Source of the DNA: Spirochaetia bacterium
GTDB taxonomy: Bacteria; Spirochaetota; Spirochaetia; WTKD01; G963693115
Direction of reading: 5' to 3'
Assembly (NCBI GenBank): GCA_965226055.1
Contig: CBDDCA010000006.1
Location: 480,001 to 544,000 of the forward strand
DNA length: 64,000 nucleotides
In this document: positions 23,097 to 33,842 of the stretch, in pieces
How the letters are laid out: each line of letters begins with the position of its first letter
Numbering within the stretch: the stretch's first letter is position 1
Position numbers and translations under genes: made by a program
Notes under the pieces: model-generated
The model's database searches: none
What the model saw: only the letters and a program-made list of their open reading frames with translations
What the model was told of the DNA's origin: nothing

Positions 23097-23260
23097 ATAA
23101 AAGCTCCTTGTATATATATAAAAAGTAAAAGGTATATCGTATAAAATCTCCCACGTATACAATATGTGTATGAGTATAATTATAAAAAAAGATAATTAAA
23201 CTATACAAATGATATAATAGTCAACTTCAAACAATTTTCAATACAGCAAAAAAAGAAAAA

Positions 23261-23310
23261 TTTGACCCCTGCTGAAGCCTTTTCTGTCGCATTTAGTCCT
23301 TGAATCCGCA
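23261..23310 (+). mobile_element. Solo IS30 right end
   Basis: 50/50 nt identical to 42003-42052 of the intact IS. Confidence 0.92.
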
Positions 23311-23327
23311 CACCGAGCATCCATTAT

Positions 23328-23356
23328 TTGACAAAATTTCCTCTTTATGAGATAAT
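23328..23356 (+). promoter_or_regulatory. Sigma70 promoter of rpoZ-miaA
   Basis: TTGACA-N17-GATAAT with extended TG. Confidence 0.7.
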
Positions 23357-23363
23357 AAAATAT

Positions 23364-23612
23364 ATGTCAATGCCCTTAAAAGATCTTATAAACTATAAAG
23401 GAAATATATACGAAATGGTATCTGCAGTAATACAACGTTCTCAGCAGATCACCGAAATACGTGCCGCATATACTCCCACTACCCTTGAAGAACAACAAAG
23501 CATGTCAACTTCTCCCAGAGAAAAAAAATTTGGCGACGAAAAAGCTACAAGCATAGCGTTTCGTGAAATATTTAATGAAGAAGTTGTCTATAAATTCAAA
23601 AAAAATCGTTAA
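23364..23612 (+). CDS. rpoZ: RNA polymerase omega subunit (spirochaete type)
   Basis: MSMPLKDL...GNIYEMVSAVIQRSQQI...KATSIAFREI, directly upstream of miaA. The ORF-track TTG start is actually the -35 box. Confidence 0.75.
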   Translation: MSMPLKDLINYKGNIYEMVSAVIQRSQQITEIRAAYTPTTLEEQQSMSTSPREKKFGDEKATSIAFREIFNEEVVYKFKKNR

Positions 23613-23640
23613 TTTTCCCATATCATACTTATTGTAAGCT

Positions 23641-24744
23641 ATGATTCCTCCTATTATCATCTTTGGTGCTACTGGAGTAGGAAAAACAACATTCCTCAAT
23701 ACATTATATTCATACTGGACTACTAAGCATACCCACTCTCATGTTCCCTCATTTGAAGTTATAGTAGCAGATTCTCGACAAGTATATAAAGACATGCCAA
23801 TAAGTACTGCACAAACACACAGTGCTATAAGGAAAAAAATCCCCCATCATCTTGCTGAGACACTTGATTGTTTTGCACCGTATACCGTTGGTACTTTTGT
23901 TACACAAACAAATACTATCATAGAACAGATATATGCTCGTAATAATATACCTATCATTACGGGCGGTACTGCCTATTATATGTATAACCTGTACAAAGGC
24001 ATACCTACAACCCCAATAATACCTCATAGCATCCGCTCAGCAATTATGGAAGAACATGCACTGTACGGGACCCCCTATCTCTATAAAAAACTTTCTTCAC
24101 TTGATCCTGTTTATGCACAACGCATAAGTTCTCATGATACACAAAGAATAGTACGTGCCCTTGAGATATACCAGTACACAAAAAAACCACTCTCTACTTT
24201 CTCTGATATTCCCACATATAACCCATACCTACAACATAGCCTCTGTATTGGATTAACAAGAAACAGAGATGCTCTATACAACAATATAAATAGGCGCGTA
24301 CATACTATGCACAAAGAAGGACTGTTATACGAAGCGTATACTCTATGGCAACGCGGACTTAATAACACACACAATGCATTTTATACTATAGGAATACAAG
24401 AAATACTTGAAAACACTGATATCATCAAACACTGGAGTACATTACATGCTTCTAATCATACAAAAGAAACAAATAATCAAACATCGTCTATATATTCTAT
24501 CGATTCTCATATTATCGATTCTCATATTATAGATACTGTATTGACTACAATTCAAAAAAATACACGACATTATGCAAAAAGACAGCTTACATTTTTTCGA
24601 AAATTAGAGGTGTGCATACAAAATTCTGGAAATAATGTTATGTGGTTTGATCTTGAAAAACATAATAGTGAAAAAACCATCTGCGAAACCATAACAAACT
24701 TCATACAACATACTCACCAATCACCAGTATCCCATTCTCAGTAA
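23641..24744 (+). CDS. miaA: tRNA dimethylallyltransferase
   Basis: GATGVGKT, DSRQVY, IPHHL, GGTAYY, RIVRALE, TRHYAKRQLTFF. Confidence 0.93.
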   Translation: MIPPIIIFGATGVGKTTFLNTLYSYWTTKHTHSHVPSFEVIVADSRQVYKDMPISTAQTHSAIRKKIPHHLAETLDCFAPYTVGTFVTQTNTIIEQIYARNNIPIITGGTAYYMYNLYKGIPTTPIIPHSIRSAIMEEHALYGTPYLYKKLSSLDPVYAQRISSHDTQRIVRALEIYQYTKKPLSTFSDIPTYNPYLQHSLCIGLTRNRDALYNNINRRVHTMHKEGLLYEAYTLWQRGLNNTHNAFYTIGIQEILENTDIIKHWSTLHASNHTKETNNQTSSIYSIDSHIIDSHIIDTVLTTIQKNTRHYAKRQLTFFRKLEVCIQNSGNNVMWFDLEKHNSEKTICETITNFIQHTHQSPVSHSQ

Positions 24745-24773
24745 AATACAATTCTGTACACAGTATCTTTTTC

Positions 24774-25301
24774 CACGAGTTCAAGGATTAAATGCGACAA
24801 AAGAGCAAAAAAAATAAAAAAAGGAATGCACTCTATAAAAGAACCATATCTCGCTCTTTTTCTGTTTCTCGTATCCCTCATCGTGTCTCAGTACACAAAA
24901 GAGGTGATATTTCTGATGAATATGGCCACTGGGAAGTAGATCTTGTTGGCTCTTCTTCAAAAACTACTGTGCTTGCCTTAGTGGAAAAACATACTCGGTA
25001 TGTTCTTTTTCATAAAATACCTGACAAAACACTGCTCATACCGTACAGTATGGTATGCTCTTTGCTCTGAGGAACATACCACTTTATTTATGTAAAATTT
25101 TACTTATAATAATGGCAATGAATTTACGCTCCATACTGAAATAAATACACGCCTGAATGCTCGTTCTTATTTTTGTACTCCTTATTGTGCTGTATACTGT
25201 ATTATGGGAAAAAGGATTAGTCGAACATTCTATTGGATTATTGCGTCAATTTTTGACCTCTACTGAAGCCTTGCTTGTCGCATTTAGTCCTTGAATCCGC
25301 A
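24774..25301 (+). pseudogene. Internally deleted, frameshifted IS30 copy retaining both terminal IRs
   Basis: IRL cacgagttcaaggattaaatgcgaca at 24774, IRR ending at 25301. The middle matches about 41515-41905 of the intact IS, with two large deletions and a 2-bp insertion near 25030. Confidence 0.92.
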
Positions 25302-25319
25302 GAATGCACTCTCATTTAT

Positions 25320-25348
25320 TTGACTATTTAGAGGCTTTTTGATATTCT
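25320..25348 (+). promoter_or_regulatory. Sigma70 promoter of yajC-secD-secF
   Basis: TTGACT-N17-TATTCT with extended TG. Confidence 0.65.
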
Positions 25349-25381
25349 ATACTAATAATTATAATATAGTGAGGATTTTCT

Positions 25382-25780
25382 ATGTTTGAAACTAACATGT
25401 ATTTAGCTGCATCAAATGCAGCACAATCAGGACAACAAGCATCTTCTACCCCAATGCTTATTACATTTGCTCTCTTATTTTTAGTAATGTATATATTTTT
25501 AATTCGACCTCAGTCGAAAAAGCAAAAAGCAGTGAAAAATATGCTAGCAAATATTAAAAATGGCGACAAAATTGTTACTATTGGAGGCATATATGGCACC
25601 ATAGTAAATATAAAAGACACTTCTGTAGTATTGAAAGTGGATAGTAATACTGAGCTAGAAGTTGTTCGCGAAAGTATTTCTAATGTTATTCCCCCTACTG
25701 ACGAAGTAACAAAAGACAAAGAAAAAAGCACGCAGACAACAGAACAAACAGAACAAAAATCTAAATCTACAAAAAAATAA
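25382..25780 (+). CDS. yajC: Preprotein translocase subunit YajC
   Basis: FLIRPQSKKQK, GDKIVTIGGIYG, upstream of secDF. Confidence 0.95.
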   Translation: MFETNMYLAASNAAQSGQQASSTPMLITFALLFLVMYIFLIRPQSKKQKAVKNMLANIKNGDKIVTIGGIYGTIVNIKDTSVVLKVDSNTELEVVRESISNVIPPTDEVTKDKEKSTQTTEQTEQKSKSTKK

Positions 25781-25796
25781 CTAAAAAGGAATATGA

Positions 25797-27551
25797 ATGA
25801 GTAAACGCTTACGATTACTTATACTAGGCATTTTTATCATACTCGGACTAGTATCATTATACCCAACAATTCGATGGTATTTTTTTACCACTGATGAAGC
25901 AAAAATACTTGCATCAAGTAACAGGCAAAAAATACGACAAGAAGCTATAGCTATGGCAAAGAAAGACACAGATACTATCCTTGCTATGCTACAAGAAACT
26001 ACAGAAGATACATTTATGGAAAAAACAGCGACTTATCCAAGTTTTTCAGAACTTTTAGATGTATCAAAACAACGTCATAAAGATGCAAAAAAAGATTTTT
26101 CAAAAAATCCTACAATAAACGAAATATTTAGTATTTTTGATGATGAAAATGAAGTATATCAGCTTCTTCTCACCTATTACCGTACCCTCTATTTAGAAGA
26201 AAAACAACAAAAAAATAGCATTATCAAACTGGGACTGGATCTTTCAGGCGGGGTGAGTGCCACCTTACGCATAGATGAGCAAGATTTGACAGAACGGCTT
26301 GGCAATCCTCCTAACAACGAAGAACGTGCACAAGCAGTAGAAAGAGCGATGTTAGTACTTCAAAACAGAATAGACAAGTTTGGCGTAAGCGAGCCGTCAT
26401 TAAGAAAGCTAAATAACGATAGCATACTTGTAGAAATACCTGGTGAAAATGATAGAGAGCAAATCAATAGTTTTCTTCGAGGAAAAGGCTCAATGTATTT
26501 TGTTATTGTAGACGATGATGCCACACAAAAAATTCTTGATTTACAAAGAGAAGATCCTACATGGGACTATGATGGAGAAAATGCTCCCGATTACATTCAA
26601 GCAGGCACCGAAATTAAAGAATATGTTACAAGAGATTCTTTTGGTATCGATCAACATCAACGTTGGATAGTAGTATACACAGATTTAGAAAACTATGGTA
26701 TTGATGGTCAATATTTAGAACAAGCACAGGTAACTTCAGATCCTATCAACAACAGACCCTTAGTAAATTTCCAACTTAATGCAGAAGGAGCTAAAATTTT
26801 CGCAAAGCTTACAGGTGATAATGTCAATCGCTCTATGGCTATTGTAATGGAAGATAAAATACGTGCTTATGCTACTATTTCCACTACTATTAACGATGGT
26901 AGTGCTGTCATACAAGGATTTAGCCGAGACCAAGCAAATGATATTGCTATAGTGTTACAAACAGCAGCGCTGCCTGTAAATCTCATAGTAGTAGATCAAG
27001 AAGTGATAGGACCTTCGCTAGGAAGAAGTACTATTATACAAGGAATCAATGCTATAAGCATAGGGTTTATATTAGTTATCCTATTTATGATATTGTATTA
27101 TGTACGTGCTGGATTTGTAGCAGTAACAACACTTTTGTTTAACTTATTTTTCCTTATAGCAATACTTGCTTCATTTAATTTTACTCTCACTCTTACTGGT
27201 ATTGCGGCAATCATTCTCACAGTGGGTATGGCAGTAGACGCAAATGTCCTTATCTACGAGCGTATAAAAGAAGAGCTATATCAAGGAAAAACAAGACGTA
27301 CTGCAATAGACAATGGCTTTAAGAAAGCATTTTGGACTATTTTAGACGCGAATATCACTACTTTAGTAGCTTCTATTTTTATTGCACAACTAGCTTCTGG
27401 AAGAATACAAGGCTTTGCAGTAACATTATCCACTGGTATTATAACGACATTATTTACAGTACTCTTTATTTCACGACTATTATTTGATTTTGGCACAGAC
27501 ACCATAAAACTTAAACGAATGAGCATAAGCTGGCAGAGGATACAAGCATGA
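25797..27551 (+). CDS. secD: Protein translocase subunit SecD
   Basis: LGLDLSGG, NRIDKFGVSEP, IGPSLG, GMAVDANVLIYERIKEE. Confidence 0.96.
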   Translation: MSKRLRLLILGIFIILGLVSLYPTIRWYFFTTDEAKILASSNRQKIRQEAIAMAKKDTDTILAMLQETTEDTFMEKTATYPSFSELLDVSKQRHKDAKKDFSKNPTINEIFSIFDDENEVYQLLLTYYRTLYLEEKQQKNSIIKLGLDLSGGVSATLRIDEQDLTERLGNPPNNEERAQAVERAMLVLQNRIDKFGVSEPSLRKLNNDSILVEIPGENDREQINSFLRGKGSMYFVIVDDDATQKILDLQREDPTWDYDGENAPDYIQAGTEIKEYVTRDSFGIDQHQRWIVVYTDLENYGIDGQYLEQAQVTSDPINNRPLVNFQLNAEGAKIFAKLTGDNVNRSMAIVMEDKIRAYATISTTINDGSAVIQGFSRDQANDIAIVLQTAALPVNLIVVDQEVIGPSLGRSTIIQGINAISIGFILVILFMILYYVRAGFVAVTTLLFNLFFLIAILASFNFTLTLTGIAAIILTVGMAVDANVLIYERIKEELYQGKTRRTAIDNGFKKAFWTILDANITTLVASIFIAQLASGRIQGFAVTLSTGIITTLFTVLFISRLLFDFGTDTIKLKRMSISWQRIQA

Positions 27552-28615
27552 AACAAAATATAATTTCTTTTTCTCGATTTAACACCATAGGATTAACTAT
27601 TTCCCTTATAGTAACGCTCTCACTAGTAGCAGTTACTGCCTTTGTACATAAGGGGTTTAATTTAGGCATCGACTTTAGTTCAGGACAGACTGTTAGTGTA
27701 CAAATAAATGAAGACACTACCCCTGATGCTATAAAAACAGTATTGCTTCCATCATTTCCACAAGTAAATGTATCACAGTTAGGAAACACAGAAGACAGTC
27801 AGTACAATATTAAAATAAGCTCTACTTTAGAAGAACAAGAACAACAGTACAAAGACTTAACTGCTATTTTAGACACAAACTTTAGTGATTATACAGTACT
27901 AGGTACCGCATATATCGGTCCTGCCATTTCTCAAAGTTTGCTCAGTAATTCTCTCTACATAGTAACATTTGCGTTATTACTGATGTTATTGTACATATGG
28001 ATACGATTTAAGCTACAATTTGCAATATCAGCCATTTTAGCTCTTTTGCATGACGCAGTATTTATTATCGCACTGATAGGTGCTTTACAAATTGAAGTTA
28101 CAGTATCCACTGCTGCTGCCATTCTTACCATCATAGGATACTCTATAAATGACACTATAGTTATATTTGATAGAATACGCGAAAATACTGCAATTATGCG
28201 TAATAGCCCATTTACTAGCATAACAGATACCAGTATCACCCGAACACTCTCACGTACTGTCATAACCTCTCTTACAACCCTACTTGCAGTATTATCTATT
28301 TTTATTTTTGCTACTGGTGATATTAAAAATTTTGCGTTAGTACTTATACTTGGAATACTTGAAGGAACATGGTCTTCAATATTTCTCGCTACCCCCCTCC
28401 TGTATGTTTTTGGATTCCATAAAACACTCATTACAAAAAATGCTGCTATACAGAACAAAAATAGAACTATATCAGAACACTCTCAAGTAAGCAACAGTAA
28501 CACCACCACAAGTAATAATGTAAATGCCCCTGCGTCAGTAAGTCGTGAATACATTGATAAAGTTCGTATGGAGACACAATCAAAAAAACACAAAAAATAC
28601 AAAAATAATAGATAG
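27548..28615 (+). CDS. secF: Protein translocase subunit SecF
   Basis: LGIDFSSG, ALLHD, GYSINDTIVIFDRIREN. ATGA overlap with secD. Confidence 0.96.
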   Translation: MKQNIISFSRFNTIGLTISLIVTLSLVAVTAFVHKGFNLGIDFSSGQTVSVQINEDTTPDAIKTVLLPSFPQVNVSQLGNTEDSQYNIKISSTLEEQEQQYKDLTAILDTNFSDYTVLGTAYIGPAISQSLLSNSLYIVTFALLLMLLYIWIRFKLQFAISAILALLHDAVFIIALIGALQIEVTVSTAAAILTIIGYSINDTIVIFDRIRENTAIMRNSPFTSITDTSITRTLSRTVITSLTTLLAVLSIFIFATGDIKNFALVLILGILEGTWSSIFLATPLLYVFGFHKTLITKNAAIQNKNRTISEHSQVSNSNTTTSNNVNAPASVSREYIDKVRMETQSKKHKKYKNNR

Positions 28616-28627
28616 GAGGGTATTGGC

Positions 28628-29440
28628 ATGCTTTACAGGCATATACTAACAACAAACGCTCAGCAAAAAGATACACCTCATTGTTATATGTTTCATGGAT
28701 TATTGGGAAGTGGATTTAATTTACTTTCCGTAACAAAGATGATTGATTCTTTCGTATATCCCGTCCTATTTGACTTACCTAATCATGGAAAATCGTCTCA
28801 TATAAGTCCTGGAGATTTTGCACACACTACACCATGTGTTGATAAAAGCATTCATGCAGAACAACAGCATAGCGGTCATAGCACATATGCCTTACTAGGG
28901 CATTCCTTAGGCGGAAAATATTCTATGATACATGCACTACAAAACCCTACACAGGTATCCTCTTTAGTGGTGATGGATATAGCTCCTATGACCTACCCTC
29001 CCTATCATCACAAATATGTTGAGGCCTGTAAACAAGTATTACAAAAACATCCTCGTAATAGAAAGGAAGTAGTACAATATTTATCTGAATTTGTAAGTGA
29101 TGAATATGTTCTTTTCTTTCTTGCAAAGAATTTTTATTTTGAAGATACTACATTGAAATTATATATTAATCTTGACGAACTGGACATACATTATGGCAAT
29201 TTAAGTGGGTTTCCAGAAGAACTAGATACCTGTCAATATAACGGTCCTACTCTCTTTTTACGAGCAGAAAAGACAGACTACTTTGATGATACTGCAGATC
29301 AATATATAAAAAAGTATTTTACACAGTATACCATTGTTCATATTTCTGACAGCACTCATATCTTACACAGAGACAAACCTACAGAAGTACAAAAAGCACT
29401 GAGCGACTTTTATTCACAACACTACCCTCTTTCTTCATAG
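28628..29440 (+). CDS. Alpha/beta hydrolase (YbfF-like esterase)
   Basis: HGLLGS, DLPNHGKS, GHSLGGK, DIAP. Confidence 0.85.
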   Translation: MLYRHILTTNAQQKDTPHCYMFHGLLGSGFNLLSVTKMIDSFVYPVLFDLPNHGKSSHISPGDFAHTTPCVDKSIHAEQQHSGHSTYALLGHSLGGKYSMIHALQNPTQVSSLVVMDIAPMTYPPYHHKYVEACKQVLQKHPRNRKEVVQYLSEFVSDEYVLFFLAKNFYFEDTTLKLYINLDELDIHYGNLSGFPEELDTCQYNGPTLFLRAEKTDYFDDTADQYIKKYFTQYTIVHISDSTHILHRDKPTEVQKALSDFYSQHYPLSS

Positions 29441-29601
29441 CTCTCATTACCATTACTATTAGTATGCACACAAATAGTCTCCCGTTGCTTATAGAAATAC
29501 AAGGGAGTTATATATGATGTTATTCCTAAATAAAATATACATTAAGTATAGGATTACTATACAAGGATACTATTGTATATAATTTCATAAGAATTTTATT
29601 T

Positions 29602-29630
29602 TTGACACTCACTACAAGTCCTATTATAAT
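29602..29630 (+). promoter_or_regulatory. Consensus sigma70 promoter of the R-M cassette
   Basis: TTGACA-N17-TATAAT, perfect consensus. Confidence 0.8.
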
Positions 29631-29724
29631 TGTGTATATGGAAGTAAAAGATGTACAGAATAGACAGAAGTAATAAATAGTATTGGAAAGAAATTAAGTT
29701 ATAAAATGGTAGTAAGAGCGTAAT

Positions 29725-31011
29725 ATGCAGAATACAATTCTGGTAAAGAAGAAACAATTTATAGAAATTCCCATTGATTATATTTGGTCATTTTCAGACA
29801 AAACAGTAAGAGATACTTCATACATTACCCATGGTTATTATACATATCCAGCAAAATTTATTCCACAATTAGCATCTCGCCTTATTAGAGAATATAGCAG
29901 AGAAAATGAGGTAGTTATTGATCCATTTATGGGTTGTGGAACTACTGTCATAGAATCTATTATAAATAACAGAATAGGAATTGGTACAGATATAAATGAA
30001 ATTGCTTTTTTAGTATCAAAAGCAAAAACAACCCCTATACAAAATTCTGAATTAGTAAAAACTTTAAGCACAATAGAACAACAATCGTATACTTATTCTA
30101 AAACAGATATAGAAAGCGTTATACCTCCTAATGAAAGAATTGATTACTGGTTTCTTCCTGAACAAAAAGAGAGAATAGCAAGTATATTCATACAAATTAA
30201 GGATATAAAAAACCATGACATTAGAGATTTTTTTTTAGTAGCACTTGCTCAAATACTAAAATCTTGCTCTATATGGTTACAAAAAAGCATTAAGCCAACA
30301 AGAGATAGGAATAAAGAAATATATGATCCATTAACTTTATTTTTAAAGCAATCGAAAAAGATGATAAAAAAACATTTTGAATTTGAAAATATGCTTAGTA
30401 GAAAAATATGGAAAAATATTGATAAGCATAGAATAATACAATGTGCAGATTCAAGAAAGCTTCCTTGTAGAGATGAAAAAGCAAGTCTTGTATTAACAAG
30501 CCCACCTTATGTAACATCATACGAATATGCTGATTTACACCAGCTACCTTTGTTATGGTTTGGACATTTAACTGAGTTAAGTGATTTTCGAAAAAAATTT
30601 ATTGGAAGTTCTTATAAAAAGAGTAATAGTATAGATATAAAAAGTTCTATTGGTAATGAAATTATTCTGAGTCTAAGCAAAACTTCAAAAAGCGAAAAAG
30701 TAAAAACTTATTTTTGCGATATGATAGAATCTTTTTTGGAAATGAAACGTGTCTTGAAAGTAGGAGGGAAAGCGTGTATTGTGATTGGAAATACAGAATT
30801 CAAGGGGATAAAAATTCTAAATGCGGAAGTATTTCAAGAACAATTACAAAATATAGGCTTTAAGACTCATAAAATAATTCATCGAGAAATACCATCTAAA
30901 ATGTTACCATCAACAAGAGATGCAAAAACAGGACAGTTTGCAAAAACGACAGATAAATCACTGAAATTAGCATATCCTACTGAATATATATTAATCATGG
31001 AGAAATTATGA
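29725..31011 (+). CDS. Type II DNA methyltransferase, alpha class, probably N4-cytosine
   Basis: THGYYTYPAKFIP; motif I DPFMGCGTT precedes the catalytic TSPPY. Confidence 0.88.
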   Translation: MQNTILVKKKQFIEIPIDYIWSFSDKTVRDTSYITHGYYTYPAKFIPQLASRLIREYSRENEVVIDPFMGCGTTVIESIINNRIGIGTDINEIAFLVSKAKTTPIQNSELVKTLSTIEQQSYTYSKTDIESVIPPNERIDYWFLPEQKERIASIFIQIKDIKNHDIRDFFLVALAQILKSCSIWLQKSIKPTRDRNKEIYDPLTLFLKQSKKMIKKHFEFENMLSRKIWKNIDKHRIIQCADSRKLPCRDEKASLVLTSPPYVTSYEYADLHQLPLLWFGHLTELSDFRKKFIGSSYKKSNSIDIKSSIGNEIILSLSKTSKSEKVKTYFCDMIESFLEMKRVLKVGGKACIVIGNTEFKGIKILNAEVFQEQLQNIGFKTHKIIHREIPSKMLPSTRDAKTGQFAKTTDKSLKLAYPTEYILIMEKL

Positions 31012-31679
31012 AGTTTGAAGATATTATTGAAATATATGAAAAGAAAAAGAAAAAATATAATAAGAATACATATAGGTATATTTCTGAAATTTTTTACGAA
31101 GCAAAAGAGTTACATAGAAAAAATTTTAATGGAGTAGATTCTGAACAATCATGGCGAGCATTCAAAGGTAAAAATTTTGAAAAATTAGTGGAATATATAA
31201 TTACCGATGAAGTAAGAAATTTAGGTCTTGAAGTAGTAAATGGCAATGTATTAGAAAGAACAAAAAGCGAAAATTTATCTAAAACATTGGGTATGGTAAA
31301 AAGAAGTTTACTTATAGATTATGGAAGTTTTGGTTCGCATCTTCCTGATTTAGATATTGTTATTTATAATCCTAATACCAGTAAGGTGATAGCTATACTC
31401 TCAAGTAAGGTTACTTTACGAGAAAGAATTGCACAAACAGGGTATTGGAAATTTAAAATTGCTTCAGACAATGTAACTAAGCATATCAAAGTTTATTTTA
31501 TTACTCCCGATGAAGATGGAACTCTAACATCAAAAGAACCTGCTAAAAAAGGGAGAGCGATTGTTGAGATAGATTTAGATGGAAGCTATGTATTAAGTGA
31601 AGTAAGCATTGAAGAAAGTGATAAAGTAAAGATGTTTGATAAATTTATTGATGATTTGAAAAAGGTAATAATAGATTAA
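31008..31679 (+). CDS. Type II restriction endonuclease, BsaWI-like (CCGG-core family)
   Basis: QSWRAFKGKNFE, PDLDIV, SSKVTLRERIAQ PD-(D/E)xK variant. ATGA overlap with the MTase. Confidence 0.75.
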   Translation: MKFEDIIEIYEKKKKKYNKNTYRYISEIFYEAKELHRKNFNGVDSEQSWRAFKGKNFEKLVEYIITDEVRNLGLEVVNGNVLERTKSENLSKTLGMVKRSLLIDYGSFGSHLPDLDIVIYNPNTSKVIAILSSKVTLRERIAQTGYWKFKIASDNVTKHIKVYFITPDEDGTLTSKEPAKKGRAIVEIDLDGSYVLSEVSIEESDKVKMFDKFIDDLKKVIID

Positions 31680-31817
31680 AAAAATAAACAGTAATTTTTA
31701 AGCATTCGTAAATGAAAGCGTAAAATACAAAAAAGAGAAAAAAAATCTCTGTAAATCGGAAAATTCAAGAACTAAGCACACCCTCAAAAGCTTCATCAGA
31801 TGTTAAAAAATGAATGA

Positions 31818-31883
31818 TAAAATATCTTCTTTTTATGTTTCCTGCCGAAGCCTTTTCTGTCGCATTTAGTCCTTGAATCCGCA
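31818..31883 (+). mobile_element. IS30 right-end remnant
   Basis: cctgccgaagccttttctgtcgcatttagtccttgaatccgca matches the IS terminus; weaker similarity extends back to about 31818. Confidence 0.88.
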
Positions 31884-31901
31884 ATCCCCAATACAAAAGT
31901 A

Positions 31902-31930
31902 TTGAAGTCAATACTTTTCTGTAGTAACAT
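31902..31930 (+). promoter_or_regulatory. Putative sigma70 promoter of mnmG
   Basis: TTGAAG-N17-TAACAT, 10 nt before the ATG at 31941. Confidence 0.55.
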
Positions 31931-31940
31931 TAAGTATAGT

Positions 31941-33842
31941 ATGGATTTTGATGCAATTGTTATTGGAGGAGGACATGCAGGCATAGAAGCATGCCTCGCT
32001 CTCGCTCGATTAGGACACAAAACAGCTCTTATTACACAAAACCTTGATACAATAGGAAAGCTCTCCTGTAACCCAGCTATTGGAGGATTAGCAAAAGGAA
32101 ATATGGTACGTGAAATTGATGCACTTGGAGGAGAAATGGGAAATCTTATTGATGCAACCATGATACAATTTCGTATTCTCAACCAAAGCAAAGGCCCGTC
32201 AGTACAAGCTCCTCGTGCTCAAGCTGATAAATTAGCATATCAGATTGCAGCAAAAGCCACCCTCGAAAAAGAACCTAATCTGTATTTATTACAAAACACA
32301 GTAATAGATTTACTTATAGAGAACAACCATACACACAAAAGAACAGTAACAGGAGTAATAACCGAACGGAATACCCATATAACAGCAAAAACAGTAGTGC
32401 TTACCACTGGTACATTCTTAAATGGCACAATATTTATGGGAGAATATATTGCAAGTGGTGGTCGTTTATCTGAACCATCATCAACTGGACTAGAAAAAAC
32501 ATTATTAAGCATTGGTATACGTATGGGACGTCTAAAAACAGGAACTCCTGCACGTGTACATAGACGTTCCCTTAACTTTGATACACTTGAAGCCCAGTTT
32601 GGAGACGAGCATATTATACCATTTTCATTTTCACAAAAAGAGCTAAAAAAAGAACAAGTAGCATGCTATAGCACCTACACTACTACGGCTACCCATCGTT
32701 GCATTGAAGAAAATATGTCGCGTTCTCCCCTTTATTCGGGAAAAATTATCGGATCAGGGCCTCGTTATTGTCCTTCTATTGAAGATAAAGTACAAAAATT
32801 TCCTGATAGAGAACAACATCAGGTGATGATTGAACCAGAAGGATTACAAACAGATGAAATGTATCTTAATGGTCTTTCTACTTCGCTTCCTGAAGATGTA
32901 CAAGAACAGTTTATTCGTACTATTCCCGGATTAGAAAATGCCGAACTGTTACGCCCTGGATATGCAGTAGAATACGATTATTGCGATCCATCACAATTAC
33001 ACGAGAGTTTAGAAAGCAAACAACTCAAAGGGCTTTTCCTTGCAGGACAAATAAATGGAACATCTGGCTACGAAGAAGCTGCAGCACAAGGACTTATAGC
33101 AGGCATAAACGCTTCCTCTTATGTGCATAATACACAGCCTATTATACTCAGCAGAAGTGAAGCATATATTGGAGTGCTTATCAATGATTTAGTTACCCTT
33201 GGCACAAAAGAGCCATATCGTATGTTTACTTCTCGTGCAGAACATAGAATGAACCTACGCCATGATTCAAGCGATGATAGGCTCATGCACATCGGGCATA
33301 GCATAGGGCTAATACATAACAGCACAATGAACACCCTTATGCAAAAACAAGCCGAAATTACTGCAATAAAGCAAATACTTTCTCAACGGTATGTAAAAAA
33401 AGAAGATACTCTGAAACACCCAGTATTACAAAAATTTCTAGGTCATAATTTTTTACATTTATTGCGACAACCGCAACTTCACATTATAGATATAATGAAC
33501 TTTGATACCACCTTACTCACAGATCAATACAGTCATATCGCCCTCCATCAAAGTGAAATAGACATAAAATATGAAGGATATGTGCATCGTCAAGAAAAAG
33601 AAATTCTAAAATTAAAAAAATTAGAAAAAACGCTAATCTCTTCGGACTTTAATTACGATAATATAAAAGGAATATCTAACGAAAGTAGAGAAAAGCTAAA
33701 AAATGTTCAGCCAAGAACATTACAACAAGCTTCAAAAATTTCGGGGATACGTCAGTCAGATCTGGCTATTCTCATGATGATATTGCAAAAAGGACAAAAT
33801 AAAAAGAAAAGGAGTGCAAAAGCCTATGAAACGCATACATAA
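31941..33842 (+). CDS. mnmG: tRNA uridine-5-carboxymethylaminomethyl synthesis enzyme MnmG/GidA
   Basis: [49 protein letters not shown]. Start re-called. Confidence 0.97.
   Translation: MDFDAIVIGGGHAGIEACLALARLGHKTALITQNLDTIGKLSCNPAIGGLAKGNMVREIDALGGEMGNLIDATMIQFRILNQSKGPSVQAPRAQADKLAYQIAAKATLEKEPNLYLLQNTVIDLLIENNHTHKRTVTGVITERNTHITAKTVVLTTGTFLNGTIFMGEYIASGGRLSEPSSTGLEKTLLSIGIRMGRLKTGTPARVHRRSLNFDTLEAQFGDEHIIPFSFSQKELKKEQVACYSTYTTTATHRCIEENMSRSPLYSGKIIGSGPRYCPSIEDKVQKFPDREQHQVMIEPEGLQTDEMYLNGLSTSLPEDVQEQFIRTIPGLENAELLRPGYAVEYDYCDPSQLHESLESKQLKGLFLAGQINGTSGYEEAAAQGLIAGINASSYVHNTQPIILSRSEAYIGVLINDLVTLGTKEPYRMFTSRAEHRMNLRHDSSDDRLMHIGHSIGLIHNSTMNTLMQKQAEITAIKQILSQRYVKKEDTLKHPVLQKFLGHNFLHLLRQPQLHIIDIMNFDTTLLTDQYSHIALHQSEIDIKYEGYVHRQEKEILKLKKLEKTLISSDFNYDNIKGISNESREKLKNVQPRTLQQASKISGIRQSDLAILMMILQKGQNKKKRSAKAYETHT

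Noticed and set aside
24792-25070. 92-aa ORF as a functional gene
   Set aside because: It is a chance fusion of IS left-end sequence and a frameshifted transposase fragment.
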